A stretch of 64,000 bases of DNA from Calditrichota bacterium (GTDB lineage Bacteria; Electryoneota; RPQS01), in assembly GCA_020637445.1 (NCBI GenBank), contig JACJVZ010000001.1:1583947-1647946 (forward strand). Reading direction: 5' to 3'. Within the stretch, counting starts at the first letter, position 1; each line of letters begins with the position of its first letter. The position numbers and the translations under genes are program-made. The notes below the pieces were generated by a model. The model had not been told where the DNA came from, did no database searches, and was given only the letters and a program-made list of their open reading frames with translations. Of the stretch, positions 38,023 to 46,808 are shown piece after piece.

Positions 38023-38805
38023 TCAGCTTCCTGCTAAGACTCTCAAGAAACCGGGAAGTTCAATTGCGAAATCCCGGTATTGGTTCGCAAAGATACTCGC
38101 AATCGTACCGGCAGTCAGCGCGGCAAACATCAACGTGATACCGATCTTCATAGGAAATCCCAGCACGAACACGTTCATGGTCGGCGCCACGCGAGTTAAT
38201 ATGCCCAGGGCGACGTCGCTCAAGAAAAGCGTAACCATCATCGGGGCGGCGAGTTGCACGCCATGCGAAAGAACGATTCCGGCCTGCGAAACGGACCATT
38301 CTGCGAGCTTTCCGTCAAGTGACAACGATCCGACAGCAATCGTGTCAAAACTGGCGCGCAAAGTCTGCAAGAGCATCAAATGCCCGTTAATGGAAAGAAA
38401 CACCAGAATGGCCATAAGCTCGTAGACTTGCGTCAGCACATCGGACTGCCCTTCAATATTCGGATCAATAGTCGCGACAATCGACAATCCTGATTGCAGA
38501 CCGAGAATGCGTCCGCAGATTTCAATCGCGTAGAAAATGAATTGACCGGCAAATCCCATCAGCAGCCCGCACACCGTTTCCGACATTCCCATCAACAAAT
38601 AGTCCGCAATCGTACCGGTTTTTGCGACTGTGGTTAGCGGCACACTTGGTGCAATCAGGAATGTCAAAGCCAATGCAAGTCCCGCTTTTAGCATGGCCGG
38701 GACGGCCTTATGCTTAAAAATAGGCAGCACAGCAAGGGCCGCCGAAATCCGGACAAAGATCAGAACAAAATGTTCAACGGACGATATGCCAACCGGCAGA
38801 TCCAT
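38023..38805 (-). CDS. fliR: Flagellar export apparatus protein FliR
   Basis: 260 aa polytopic membrane protein, 3 nt after flhB. The FliR-type hydrophobicity pattern. Confidence 0.85.
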   Translation of the reverse strand: MDLPVGISSVEHFVLIFVRISAALAVLPIFKHKAVPAMLKAGLALALTFLIAPSVPLTTVAKTGTIADYLLMGMSETVCGLLMGFAGQFIFYAIEICGRILGLQSGLSIVATIDPNIEGQSDVLTQVYELMAILVFLSINGHLMLLQTLRASFDTIAVGSLSLDGKLAEWSVSQAGIVLSHGVQLAAPMMVTLFLSDVALGILTRVAPTMNVFVLGFPMKIGITLMFAALTAGTIASIFANQYRDFAIELPGFLRVLAGS

Positions 38806-38810
38806 ATCAA

Positions 38811-39665
38811 CTATAGAGCTTCGAGTGACTGAACCTGCTCACGAAGGGACTCTTCGATGTTCTCCGTGAATTCTTCGAGCTTACCGTCTTCAAGCGGCAG
38901 CACAACACTGAAATCCGCCGCGAGTGCCGGAGATTCTCCGCCGCCATTTCCGAGTTTCAGAGTTCGCACGACGTGGTCGGCATAGCCTACGAGAGCAGCA
39001 ATCTGTTTGTGATTGGTCGCTCGCGCCGGCGCGTGATGAAAGCCGATAGTCTCCTGCAAGACTTCGGGTAGAGACCAACGCGACGCGAGGAAATAGCCGA
39101 TTTCAGCGTGGTCCACACCCAGCACCGCAGTCTCCGCATCCAACATGGACGCGTTATGTCTATCCATGAGGGAAACGACGCGTTGGAAATCTTCGTGCAT
39201 GTGCTGGTCCATGACAATTTTTCCAATGTCATGAATCAGGCCGGCGGAAAACGCGACTTCAGGATCAGCAAGCCGGAGTTCCTTGCACAACTCGCGGGCC
39301 GCACAGGCCGTCGCGAGAGAATGAACCCACAGTTCTTTGATCGAAAACGAACCGACACGCACCTCTTGATCAAAAAGATCCAAGACGGACGTGGACAGAA
39401 CGAGATTTCTTAAGTTGGAGACACCAAGGAAAATTACGGACTGCTGCACGCTGGTCATCGTTCCGCGAATTCCGTAGTAAGGAGAATTGACCAGTTTTAG
39501 CAAACGTGTCGCGATGGCGGGATCTTTCTCGACCGTGTCCGAGATGCTTTTTGGCGACACCTCGGAATCATTTGAAAGCTCAAGAACTTTGGCGGCGACT
39601 TCCGGCAACGAAGGCAGAGTCTTCAGATCGCGGAGTGTTTGCAACACTTCTTCACGTGATTTCAT
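38811..39665 (-). CDS. HDOD-domain signalling protein inserted between fliQ and fliR
   Basis: The track ORF starts at 39731. The internal ATG at 39665-39663 forms an ATGA overlap with the fliQ stop. LPSLPEVAAKVLELSNDSEVS...LLKLVNSPYYG...GLIHDIGKIVM is the HDOD pattern (HD-like fold lacking catalytic residues). Confidence 0.75.
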   Translation of the reverse strand: MKSREEVLQTLRDLKTLPSLPEVAAKVLELSNDSEVSPKSISDTVEKDPAIATRLLKLVNSPYYGIRGTMTSVQQSVIFLGVSNLRNLVLSTSVLDLFDQEVRVGSFSIKELWVHSLATACAARELCKELRLADPEVAFSAGLIHDIGKIVMDQHMHEDFQRVVSLMDRHNASMLDAETAVLGVDHAEIGYFLASRWSLPEVLQETIGFHHAPARATNHKQIAALVGYADHVVRTLKLGNGGGESPALAADFSVVLPLEDGKLEEFTENIEESLREQVQSLEAL

Positions 39666-39931
39666 TTTGCGATACTCGGGATAAGTGCGAATATGTATTG
39701 CATGAAGTCCACCAACTTGGCGGCCATCCACTGCATGAACACAAGCAGAGCAAGCGCCGTCACGACAATCTTTGGCACGAACGCGAGCGTCATTTCATTG
39801 ATTTGGGTCACGGCTTGAAAGATCGAGACCGCGACACCGACAATCATACCCGCTAAAAGCATAGGCGCGCAAACTACCAGAGCCGTGGACAGCGCGTGGC
39901 TTGTCAAGTACGCGGCGAGTTCTTGAGTCAT
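39662..39931 (-). CDS. fliQ: Flagellar export apparatus protein FliQ
   Basis: 89 aa, two TM helices. ...GMIVGVAVSIFQAVTQINEMTLAFVPKIV... is typical of FliQ. Confidence 0.9.
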   Translation of the reverse strand: MTQELAAYLTSHALSTALVVCAPMLLAGMIVGVAVSIFQAVTQINEMTLAFVPKIVVTALALLVFMQWMAAKLVDFMQYIFALIPSIAK

Positions 39932-39939
39932 CTTAGTCC

Positions 39940-40674
39940 TTAGTGAAAACTCTGTACGAGAGATTGTACCAGCAAATACCAGCCGTCAACCATTACGAAG
40001 AGCAAAATCTTGAACGGCAAGCTAACGGTAACAGGCGGCAGCATCATCATACCCATTGCGAGCAGTACCGACGAAACAACCATGTCAATAATCAGGAACG
40101 GAAGATAAATCGCAAATCCGATCTGGAAGGCGATGCGCAGTTCGCTGACGACATACGCGGGAAGCAGAACGGACATTGTGATTTCGGACGCGTTCGTCGG
40201 CGCGGCGTCGTTCGCCATCTGTGAGAAGAGCGCAAGGTCTTTTTCGCGAACTTGCTTCATCATGAATTCCTTAAATGGCTTGGCCGCCAATTCCCATGCC
40301 GCCTTCTGCTCAACTTCGCCGCGCAGATACGGCTGCAAAGCATTCGTATTCGCTTCGTTGATCGCGGGCGACATGATGTAGAAAGACAGAATCAGAGCAA
40401 GCCCGACCATCAATTGCGCGGGCGGCACTTGCGCCGCGCCCATCGCTTGGCGCAAGAAGTGAAAGACGACGATGATGCGGGTGAAGCTCGTCATCATCAG
40501 GACCAACGCGGGCGCAAGCGCCAGCATCGTCATCAAACCGACGATTTGCAGCGTCGTCACGGTTTTCGCCGGATCGGGGCTGCTGTCCATTTGAATTGAA
40601 ACCGTCGGTAACGTTTGCGCCAGAAGAGCAGGCGCGAACATCAACACGGACAGAATAATGAAAGAGCGTTTCAC
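39940..40674 (-). CDS. fliP: Flagellar export apparatus protein FliP (probable GTG start overlapping the fliO stop)
   Basis: The track ORF runs to 40752. A GTG at about 40674-40672 (VKRSFIILSVLMFAPALLAQ, a signal peptide) overlaps the fliO TGA as GTGA. The mature region TLQIVGLMTMLALAPALVLMMTSFTRIIVVFHFLRQAMG is the FliP signature. Confidence 0.85.
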   Translation of the reverse strand: MKRSFIILSVLMFAPALLAQTLPTVSIQMDSSPDPAKTVTTLQIVGLMTMLALAPALVLMMTSFTRIIVVFHFLRQAMGAAQVPPAQLMVGLALILSFYIMSPAINEANTNALQPYLRGEVEQKAAWELAAKPFKEFMMKQVREKDLALFSQMANDAAPTNASEITMSVLLPAYVVSELRIAFQIGFAIYLPFLIIDMVVSSVLLAMGMMMLPPVTVSLPFKILLFVMVDGWYLLVQSLVQSFH

Positions 40675-41012
40675 TGCCCGCGGGTCCTCTTCAAAACGTC
40701 CGCAAACGAACTTCCGGATTTTGACGCCAGGGCATTCGCAACAAGTTTGCAATCTTCCTCGCCGTCAATTTCCATGAGCGGTGTCATAGTTTCTTTAGTC
40801 ATTCCGACCAGCAAAAGTTTTGTGCCGACTTCAAGAACGACCACTTGGCGTCCGGGACCAAGCATGCGCGATCCCAGCATGCGCCAACCCTCCTGCTCTT
40901 TGCCCGTCGGCGAACCTGTCGGAAGGTATTTGCGATAGGCCCATGCCAGTACGAAAATCAATCCGATTACAAAGGCCAACGCGGCAAACGTTCTTAGGAC
41001 GTCAACACCCAT
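40671..41012 (-). CDS. fliO: FliO (FliZ in Bacillus nomenclature)
   Basis: 113 aa. One N-terminal TM helix, then RMLGSRMLGPGRQVVVLEVGTKLLLVGMT (FliO pattern: LGxRxSLxxVEVGxxxLLLGVT). Confidence 0.6.
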   Translation of the reverse strand: MGVDVLRTFAALAFVIGLIFVLAWAYRKYLPTGSPTGKEQEGWRMLGSRMLGPGRQVVVLEVGTKLLLVGMTKETMTPLMEIDGEEDCKLVANALASKSGSSFADVLKRTRGQ

Positions 41013-41014
41013 GT

Positions 41015-41890
41015 TTAGTTCTTGCTGCTCGCGAAACGCTCTTCGGGATTAATCAGGTCCGTGATACGAACCGCGAAGTTCTCTTCGATAACAACGACTT
41101 CGCCGCGTGCGAAGCGCTTGTTGTTGACGTATAGATCGACCGGTTCGCCGGAGAGTTTGTCCAGCTCAACGACCGATCCCGGCGACAGTTTTACGATGTC
41201 GCGAATCAGCATATGCGTGCGTCCGAGTTCGATTGAGATCGGAAGCTCGATATCCATAACTAAACTCATTTCCTTCTTGACCGAAGGATCGATCACGTCG
41301 GCACCTTGTTCGCCTTTGGCGCTCTTCTTCGGCTCCGTGCGCGGAGGGAAGAGAGCATCAATCAGCTCGTTGCTCGTGACTTTGACAATCGTAACATTCG
41401 GATTGGGTCCAAGACTCAATACGCTGACCGTCCACGAACCAACGAAGTCCGCGGGCGACATATCAATCAAAACCGCTTTGGCTTCTTCGGCCAACTGATG
41501 GGGGCCGCCTGCCTTTGCGACGTCGCCGAAGTAGCCGCTCACGGTTTCCTTAAACAAGTCGCGAATCGTTTCGAGGTGCTCTTCGGGGATGAACTCGGCG
41601 TTGCCTTCTCCCATGTTAACCAGATCGGCGATGGTTGCCGCCGCTTCCTTGGTCATGAAGAAGTGGGTTTTGCCGAGCGACATATCCACGGTCGAAATCG
41701 TGCACATGACGACTTCACCGGGCAGATATGCCTTGACTTCCTTGAAGTCAAAGGCAAACGGACCGTCGAGAACTACTTCGAGCTGACGTTCAATGAACGA
41801 TCCAAGGCTCTTTCGGAACTGTTCCGAAAAGTGTCGTTCCGCTTTGACGCGCGAGTCTTCTGTTACGGCATTATGAAAGACTTCACTCAT
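41015..41890 (-). CDS. fliN: C-ring protein FliY (FliN homolog with an N-terminal CheC-like extension)
   Basis: 291 aa. The C-terminal SpoA/FliN domain (ELPISIELGRTHMLIRDIVKLSPGSVVELDKLSGEPVDLYVNNKRFARGEVVVIEENFAVRI). The roughly 190-aa N-terminal extension matches FliY of Firmicutes and spirochaetes. Confidence 0.8.
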   Translation of the reverse strand: MSEVFHNAVTEDSRVKAERHFSEQFRKSLGSFIERQLEVVLDGPFAFDFKEVKAYLPGEVVMCTISTVDMSLGKTHFFMTKEAAATIADLVNMGEGNAEFIPEEHLETIRDLFKETVSGYFGDVAKAGGPHQLAEEAKAVLIDMSPADFVGSWTVSVLSLGPNPNVTIVKVTSNELIDALFPPRTEPKKSAKGEQGADVIDPSVKKEMSLVMDIELPISIELGRTHMLIRDIVKLSPGSVVELDKLSGEPVDLYVNNKRFARGEVVVIEENFAVRITDLINPEERFASSKN

Positions 41891-42872
41891 GGACGATTTC
41901 CTCCTGATCAGAGATTACTCGCGTGATGCGAATGGCTTGTTGATGTTTGGCGTTGCCCGGTTCGGCCCAAAACTTCACTTTCTTGTCAACCCAGACTTTC
42001 ACGGGGTCGTCCGTCCTCTGGTCGAGCAGCAGGACGTCGCCGATCTTGAGGGACAAGTAGTCGTACATGTTGAGCATGGTCGAGCCCAGTTGTGCGCGGA
42101 CGGGCAATTTGCTAAGCCGCACGCGTTCAACGAGCTCATTTTTTTCTTCGGGCCTAATCTGCTTCGTGCTCATGTTCGTCCAACCGGTCGTCAGGTTGGT
42201 CATCATGGGTTCGAGCACGAAATACGGGAAACAGAGATTCATGGGATACGTGAAATCGCGGACGACGATTTCGCAGGAAATCACGACGGCCGATTCGGAC
42301 GCGGGCGCGATCTGAACGAACTGCGGATTTGCCTCGTAGGATTCGACGTAGAGCGACATCGGCTGAACCGATCGCCACGCGTCGGAAAGTGAAGCGAGTC
42401 CGGATTCAATGACACGGCGCAGGATCGTCTGCTCGATGATCGTCATTTCGCGCATGATTTCCTGACGCGAACCAAGTCCGCCCAGCAATCTGTCCACAAC
42501 CAACAGTGAGAACTGCGGGGAGACTTCCAGAATGATGGAACCTTTCAATTGGTTCGAGGAAATGATGTACAAACATGACGGCACGGACAACGAAAGCATG
42601 TATTCCGAATACGCGGCTTGATCGATCGACAGCAAGTTGATGTCTACGAGCGTGCGGAGAGTTCCCGAAAGATAAGTGCCGAAGGCGCACGCGAAACTGT
42701 CGTGAATAGTACGAAGCGCGCGAAGCTGGTCTTTTGAAATGCGGTCCGGGTGTTTGAAGTCGTAGAGGTGTATCGGCTTCTCACCGGCTCCCGGAGCAGC
42801 TTCAATTGAATCGCCGGACGCAACGTTGCGGAGCAGCGAATCAATTTCTTCTTGTGTGAGGATTTTGCTCAT
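41883..42872 (-). CDS. fliM: C-ring protein FliM
   Basis: 329 aa. N-terminal LTQEEIDSLL (CheY-P-binding motif). The central FliM domain. Confidence 0.9.
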   Translation of the reverse strand: MSKILTQEEIDSLLRNVASGDSIEAAPGAGEKPIHLYDFKHPDRISKDQLRALRTIHDSFACAFGTYLSGTLRTLVDINLLSIDQAAYSEYMLSLSVPSCLYIISSNQLKGSIILEVSPQFSLLVVDRLLGGLGSRQEIMREMTIIEQTILRRVIESGLASLSDAWRSVQPMSLYVESYEANPQFVQIAPASESAVVISCEIVVRDFTYPMNLCFPYFVLEPMMTNLTTGWTNMSTKQIRPEEKNELVERVRLSKLPVRAQLGSTMLNMYDYLSLKIGDVLLLDQRTDDPVKVWVDKKVKFWAEPGNAKHQQAIRITRVISDQEEIVHE

Positions 42873-42878
42873 GATTGC

Positions 42879-43424
42879 CTATTGCAGGACGTAGGTTGAG
42901 AAGACAACACCCGTGACGGGTTCTTCCTTGACCAAACCGTTAATCGTGGCAACCAACTCGGAGCGCAGTGAGTCACGGTATCCGATGCTGGCGAGCTGGT
43001 CCAGCGACTTGGAAGAAAGCAGTGTGATTGCCGCATCACGAATAATCGGCATTTGCGCCGCAACGGTTTCTTCGAGTTTGGGATCTTTGAGAGTCAGGCC
43101 GACGACCGTCGAGAGAAAGCGACGTCCACCGGTCCCGGCGGGGTTGACGATAATTTCGTCGAGCAATGCGATGCTGCCGCCCGCGGATTCTCCATGTCCG
43201 CCCTCTTCGCCGGCTTCTTCACCGTGTCCGCCTTCTTCTTCGGCGACTTGTTCGGTATCCGAATGTTGGTCCGGAAAGAAGATCGTCTTTTGGATGAAGT
43301 AAGCGGCGGCAGTTTGCGCGATGAGAATCCCGGCGATGATGAGATATTTCATCAACGGGGACTTTTTCTTCGGCTCCGCCTGCTCTTCGGCAGCTTCTGG
43401 TTGCTTGGGTTTTTCTTTTGCCAT
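42879..43424 (-). CDS. fliL: Flagellar basal-body protein FliL with a His/Gly/Glu-rich insert
   Basis: 181 aa. A TM helix, then the insert EEEGGHGEEAGEEGGHGESAGG, then the FliL core (FLSTVVGLTLKDPKLEETVAAQMPIIRDAAITLLSSKSLDQL...VVFSTYVLQ). Confidence 0.8.
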   Translation of the reverse strand: MAKEKPKQPEAAEEQAEPKKKSPLMKYLIIAGILIAQTAAAYFIQKTIFFPDQHSDTEQVAEEEGGHGEEAGEEGGHGESAGGSIALLDEIIVNPAGTGGRRFLSTVVGLTLKDPKLEETVAAQMPIIRDAAITLLSSKSLDQLASIGYRDSLRSELVATINGLVKEEPVTGVVFSTYVLQ

Positions 43425-43542
43425 CTCTCACCTTTTTTGAGGCAATGATGTGGTAAGTCCATTGGGGTCGGACTAACCGGTGAAGACGGCGACGGTCAGT
43501 GGAAGAAAGAAAGGAACAGACAGTCAAGCGATGCGGATCGGT

Positions 43543-43570
43543 GCGGCGCGCCCGGGGGCGGGCGCGCCGC
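43543..43570 (-). terminator. GC-rich stem-loop (12-bp stem GCGGCGCGCCCG/CGGGCGCGCCGC, 4-nt loop) about 15 nt after the flgE stop, no clear U-tract
   Basis: Perfect inverted repeat read directly. Position matches the flgE-3' attenuator/stabiliser elements seen in other flagellar operons. A 158-nt gap follows before fliL. Confidence 0.45.
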
Positions 43571-43582
43571 TATCCGCTTAGA

Positions 43583-45256
43583 TTACCGCTTGAGCTGGGT
43601 GACTTCGTTCAAGAGTTGGTCGGCAACCGTGATGACACGGGATGCGGCCTGAAAACCTCTTTGAGCGATAATCATCTCCGTAAACTGCTCCGCCATATCC
43701 ACCGTGCTCAGTTCGAGGTAGCCCGAGTAGATCTCGTTGACATTTCCCGTGTCAACTCCGATCAGCGGATCACCTGAATTAACCGTCGCACTGTAAATAT
43801 TCTCACCGGCGAGCGTCAAACCGGACGGGTTTGCGAAGCGGGCCAAAGCAATCTGACCGAGCGTACGCGAAACGCCGTTGGAATAGCTGCCGATGATTTT
43901 GCCTGAATTGTCAACCGTAAAGTCGGACAGTACGCCCATGGCATGACCGTCCTGATGCAAAGCAATCGTGGTGGTGGGAGCCGAGAACTGCGTGATGCCG
44001 TCAAACGTACCGACCGTTCCGGCATCCAAATCGACGACCAGAGCTTGAGCCTGCGGCGGCGTGAAGGTCAAGGGTCCGCCGTCAAAACTCAGAAGCGAAC
44101 CGTCGCCGTTGAAGCGCACCGTGCCGAAATTTCCACCTAATCGGTTGTTGATTTCGTCGACGGCACCGTCATCTACGACGGCTTCCCAGTTCCACGTATT
44201 TTCCTGCGCCGTGTCCTGCGTGAAGTTCACTTCAACTTTGTGGCGCTCGCCGCGACTGTCATAGACATAGATTGAAGTCGAATGCGAACCGGTCACACCA
44301 GTTTCAGTATTCACGAATGTCGGGACAAGCAACGCTGAAGCGTTCGTGCCTTCCAAATCTTCAAACTTAATCGAGATCGTGGTGTCGCTGTTGCCGGCGA
44401 GATTATCCTTCAAGACGAGCTTGCCGGTGGCATCGATGGTCAGTCGCGAACCGTTGTCCGATTCGGAATCGAAACCGAGCGACGAATTGAAATGATCGAG
44501 CATGTCGCCGATGGTCGTTCCGTCGTTGCCCGCACCGTAGGTGAAAGCCAAGTCAACAGTCGTACCGTCACGTTTCGTGGCCGTCAAACGAATGACGTCG
44601 CCGTCATCCAAATCAGCCGTCGTTTGAGCGATGCTGTTCAATTCGGTGTTGCGGGTCGCGGGAACACCATCCACGTTGAACGCGAACGACGCCGCATACG
44701 TTTGGTTCTTGGAAGAATTCGCGTCCAAGTTGCAGAAGTAGCTTATTTCAGTCGAAGCCCTAGCAGGGTCCTTTTCACCAAACGGGAGCTTAAGCGGTTC
44801 AACCGCGGAAGACGAAATCAACGTGCCGTCCTGATCGGCGAGCCGACCCAAGATGTGCATTCTGCCGCCAGCCGCCAACAGCGATCCGTCCGCGTCGATT
44901 TGGAAGTTGCCAGCTCGCGAGAAGAACTGACGCTCTCCGTCGCCCAGAACGAAGAAGCCGTCGCCCTGAATGGCGAGGTCGTTGCGGCTACCCGTGTTTT
45001 CGAAGTTTCCTTGTTCGAAGACGCGGTCAATCGAGTTGATGCGAGTACCCAGACCGACTTCGATGGCATTGCTGCCGCCCCGTCCGTCCAGCGGGCCTTC
45101 GGCGGGCTTCATCAACTGCGAGAAGCCTGTCGCAAACGAGACACGGCTGCTCTTGAAACCAATGGTGTTCACGTTGGCGAGGTTGTCGCCAATCACGTCC
45201 ATCTTGGTTTGATGGGTCGACAGACCCGCCACGGCGCTGAAAAGTGATGTCATCAT
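43583..45256 (-). CDS. flgE: Hook protein FlgE (long form)
   Basis: 557 aa. N-terminal MMTSLFSAVAGLSTHQTKMDVIGDNLANVNTIGFKSSR and C-terminal ...GYLELSTVDMAEQFTEMIIAQRGFQAASRVITVADQLLNEV are hook/rod-family termini. Confidence 0.9.
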   Translation of the reverse strand: MMTSLFSAVAGLSTHQTKMDVIGDNLANVNTIGFKSSRVSFATGFSQLMKPAEGPLDGRGGSNAIEVGLGTRINSIDRVFEQGNFENTGSRNDLAIQGDGFFVLGDGERQFFSRAGNFQIDADGSLLAAGGRMHILGRLADQDGTLISSSAVEPLKLPFGEKDPARASTEISYFCNLDANSSKNQTYAASFAFNVDGVPATRNTELNSIAQTTADLDDGDVIRLTATKRDGTTVDLAFTYGAGNDGTTIGDMLDHFNSSLGFDSESDNGSRLTIDATGKLVLKDNLAGNSDTTISIKFEDLEGTNASALLVPTFVNTETGVTGSHSTSIYVYDSRGERHKVEVNFTQDTAQENTWNWEAVVDDGAVDEINNRLGGNFGTVRFNGDGSLLSFDGGPLTFTPPQAQALVVDLDAGTVGTFDGITQFSAPTTTIALHQDGHAMGVLSDFTVDNSGKIIGSYSNGVSRTLGQIALARFANPSGLTLAGENIYSATVNSGDPLIGVDTGNVNEIYSGYLELSTVDMAEQFTEMIIAQRGFQAASRVITVADQLLNEVTQLKR

Positions 45257-45336
45257 AATTGGTTTTCCCTTTTCCGGGCTTCAATCGATCCGCCCGTTTG
45301 GGGGCCTCCTGCAAGAGGACCGGCCCGATTATTGGT

Positions 45337-45738
45337 TTATGCGATTACTGCACTATCTATTTGAGTGAACACGTGAGAATTCGTCTGCGCCTGTTCGAGT
45401 GCGGTGACGACTGTCCGGTTACGGACACTCACGATGAAAGCAAGATTGTCAAGCAGCACTAAGGACGATTCAGATCCTTTGTCGGCCGCGGTGGTCACGC
45501 TCTTTTCGAGGCGAGCGACCTGCGGTTCGGTCAGACTGATTTGGCGGTGCTGCAAACGGTTCTGCGCATGTGCCGAAAACTTTACGGGTTGAGAATCCCG
45601 GACAGTCTGGTCGAGCAGTTGATCGAACCGATTGTCGGCAACTTTCGGCGCGACCGGCCGCGTGTTGCCGACGGAAGTCGGACTTCCGATCGGTTGGATT
45701 TGCTGCAAGCGAGTCAGCAGGCTATCGACGGAACTCAT
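45337..45738 (-). CDS. Flagellar operon protein (TIGR02530-like, found between flgD and flgE in Firmicutes, Thermotogae and spirochaetes)
   Basis: 133 aa. KFSAHAQNRLQHRQISLTEPQVARLEKSV...SLVLLDNLAFIVSVRNRTVVT recalls the RFSKHAQERLQQRGI... family signature. Position between flgD and flgE. Confidence 0.5.
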   Translation of the reverse strand: MSSVDSLLTRLQQIQPIGSPTSVGNTRPVAPKVADNRFDQLLDQTVRDSQPVKFSAHAQNRLQHRQISLTEPQVARLEKSVTTAADKGSESSLVLLDNLAFIVSVRNRTVVTALEQAQTNSHVFTQIDSAVIA

Positions 45739-45742
45739 TTTG

Positions 45743-46462
45743 TCAGCCTTGATACGTTGCAGTTTGAGAATCAGATGACGACTCGCCTTCGGCGGCCATC
45801 ACGGACATAATGTCGCCCAAGAGTAACTGTTGCCCGTTCACGGTCAGCGTAACTTGTCCGCCTTCGTAATTGATTGCGGTCACGATGCCTTCGACATAGG
45901 TCGTTGCAGACACGTCGGTTCCGTTCGCGTCCGAGGCAGACACAGCAAACGAATAGTCTCCGGCGGGTACGCGGTTGCCGGCATCGTCAAGTCCATCCCA
46001 ATAGACAGCACCGTCTCCTGCTTCGCGCGCGTTGGCGTCGATCGTGCGAATGATGTTACCGTCCGAATCTTGAACTTGAACGGAAACGTCTGTAGCGGCG
46101 GATGCCAAAGAGAATCTCAAATCCGCACCGGTTCCGTCGACGCTGACTGTGTTATTTTGCGCGCGAACGGTTTTTCCAACCAACGCGGCGGCCAGATTGC
46201 CGTTGATCGATTGAGTCATCAACAAATTCATGTTGATGGATTCTTCGAGGGACGACTGAATGCCTTGCAGTTCCTGAACGGACGAGAACGACGCAAGCTG
46301 CGCGGCGTATTCGTGGCCTTGCAGCGGGTTCATCGGGTCTTGCGCTTTCAATTGCGCCATCAGCATTTGCAGGAAATCAATCTGGTCGAGCGTTTCCTGC
46401 CGCGAGCTGATTTGATCCGTGGATGGAATATTGAATGTGCTGGTGGTTGCTGCGACTTCCAT
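45743..46462 (-). CDS. flgD: Hook capping/scaffold protein FlgD
   Basis: The track ORF starts at 46510. The internal ATG at 46462 abuts the stop of the upstream zinc-ribbon ORF. LDQIDFLQMLMAQLKAQDPMNPLQGHEYAAQLASFSSVQEL matches the FlgD N-domain. The C-terminus is an FlgD Ig-like/tudor region. Confidence 0.8.
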   Translation of the reverse strand: MEVAATTSTFNIPSTDQISSRQETLDQIDFLQMLMAQLKAQDPMNPLQGHEYAAQLASFSSVQELQGIQSSLEESINMNLLMTQSINGNLAAALVGKTVRAQNNTVSVDGTGADLRFSLASAATDVSVQVQDSDGNIIRTIDANAREAGDGAVYWDGLDDAGNRVPAGDYSFAVSASDANGTDVSATTYVEGIVTAINYEGGQVTLTVNGQQLLLGDIMSVMAAEGESSSDSQTATYQG

Positions 46463-46463
46463 C

Positions 46464-46688
46464 TTACGACTCCATTTCGAAGAGTTGCAGAAAAGCCTTT
46501 GTTGGCTCATGAGTCATGAGGTACTTGCACAAGGCATAAACGGTCTTGCTGACGTCTTTGCGCTTCTGACATTCCACACATGCGACTGTGTAGATGCGTT
46601 TGCCCGTGCGGGATTTTCCGGCCTCAACGGGTCGGAATTTCTTGCTGCCGCAGGCGCAGAGTGGCATATTTGGGGACATCGTGCTCAT
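46464..46688 (-). CDS. Small zinc-ribbon protein (CxC...CxxC) between fliK and flgD
   Basis: 74 aa. PLCACGSKKFRP...YTVACVECQKRKD has four Cys in a ribbon arrangement. It is in tight gene order with flgD. Confidence 0.45.
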   Translation of the reverse strand: MSTMSPNMPLCACGSKKFRPVEAGKSRTGKRIYTVACVECQKRKDVSKTVYALCKYLMTHEPTKAFLQLFEMES

Positions 46689-46808
46689 GGTTCAACTCCC
46701 ATAAAGCAAAGCATAGGCCAACCGGCAGCTCCACCTCAAGGAATTGTCAATACTCACTTTAAGTATTCTAAAACCGATGCTTTTCGGAATCTGCGAGGCA
46801 ACTTTAGC

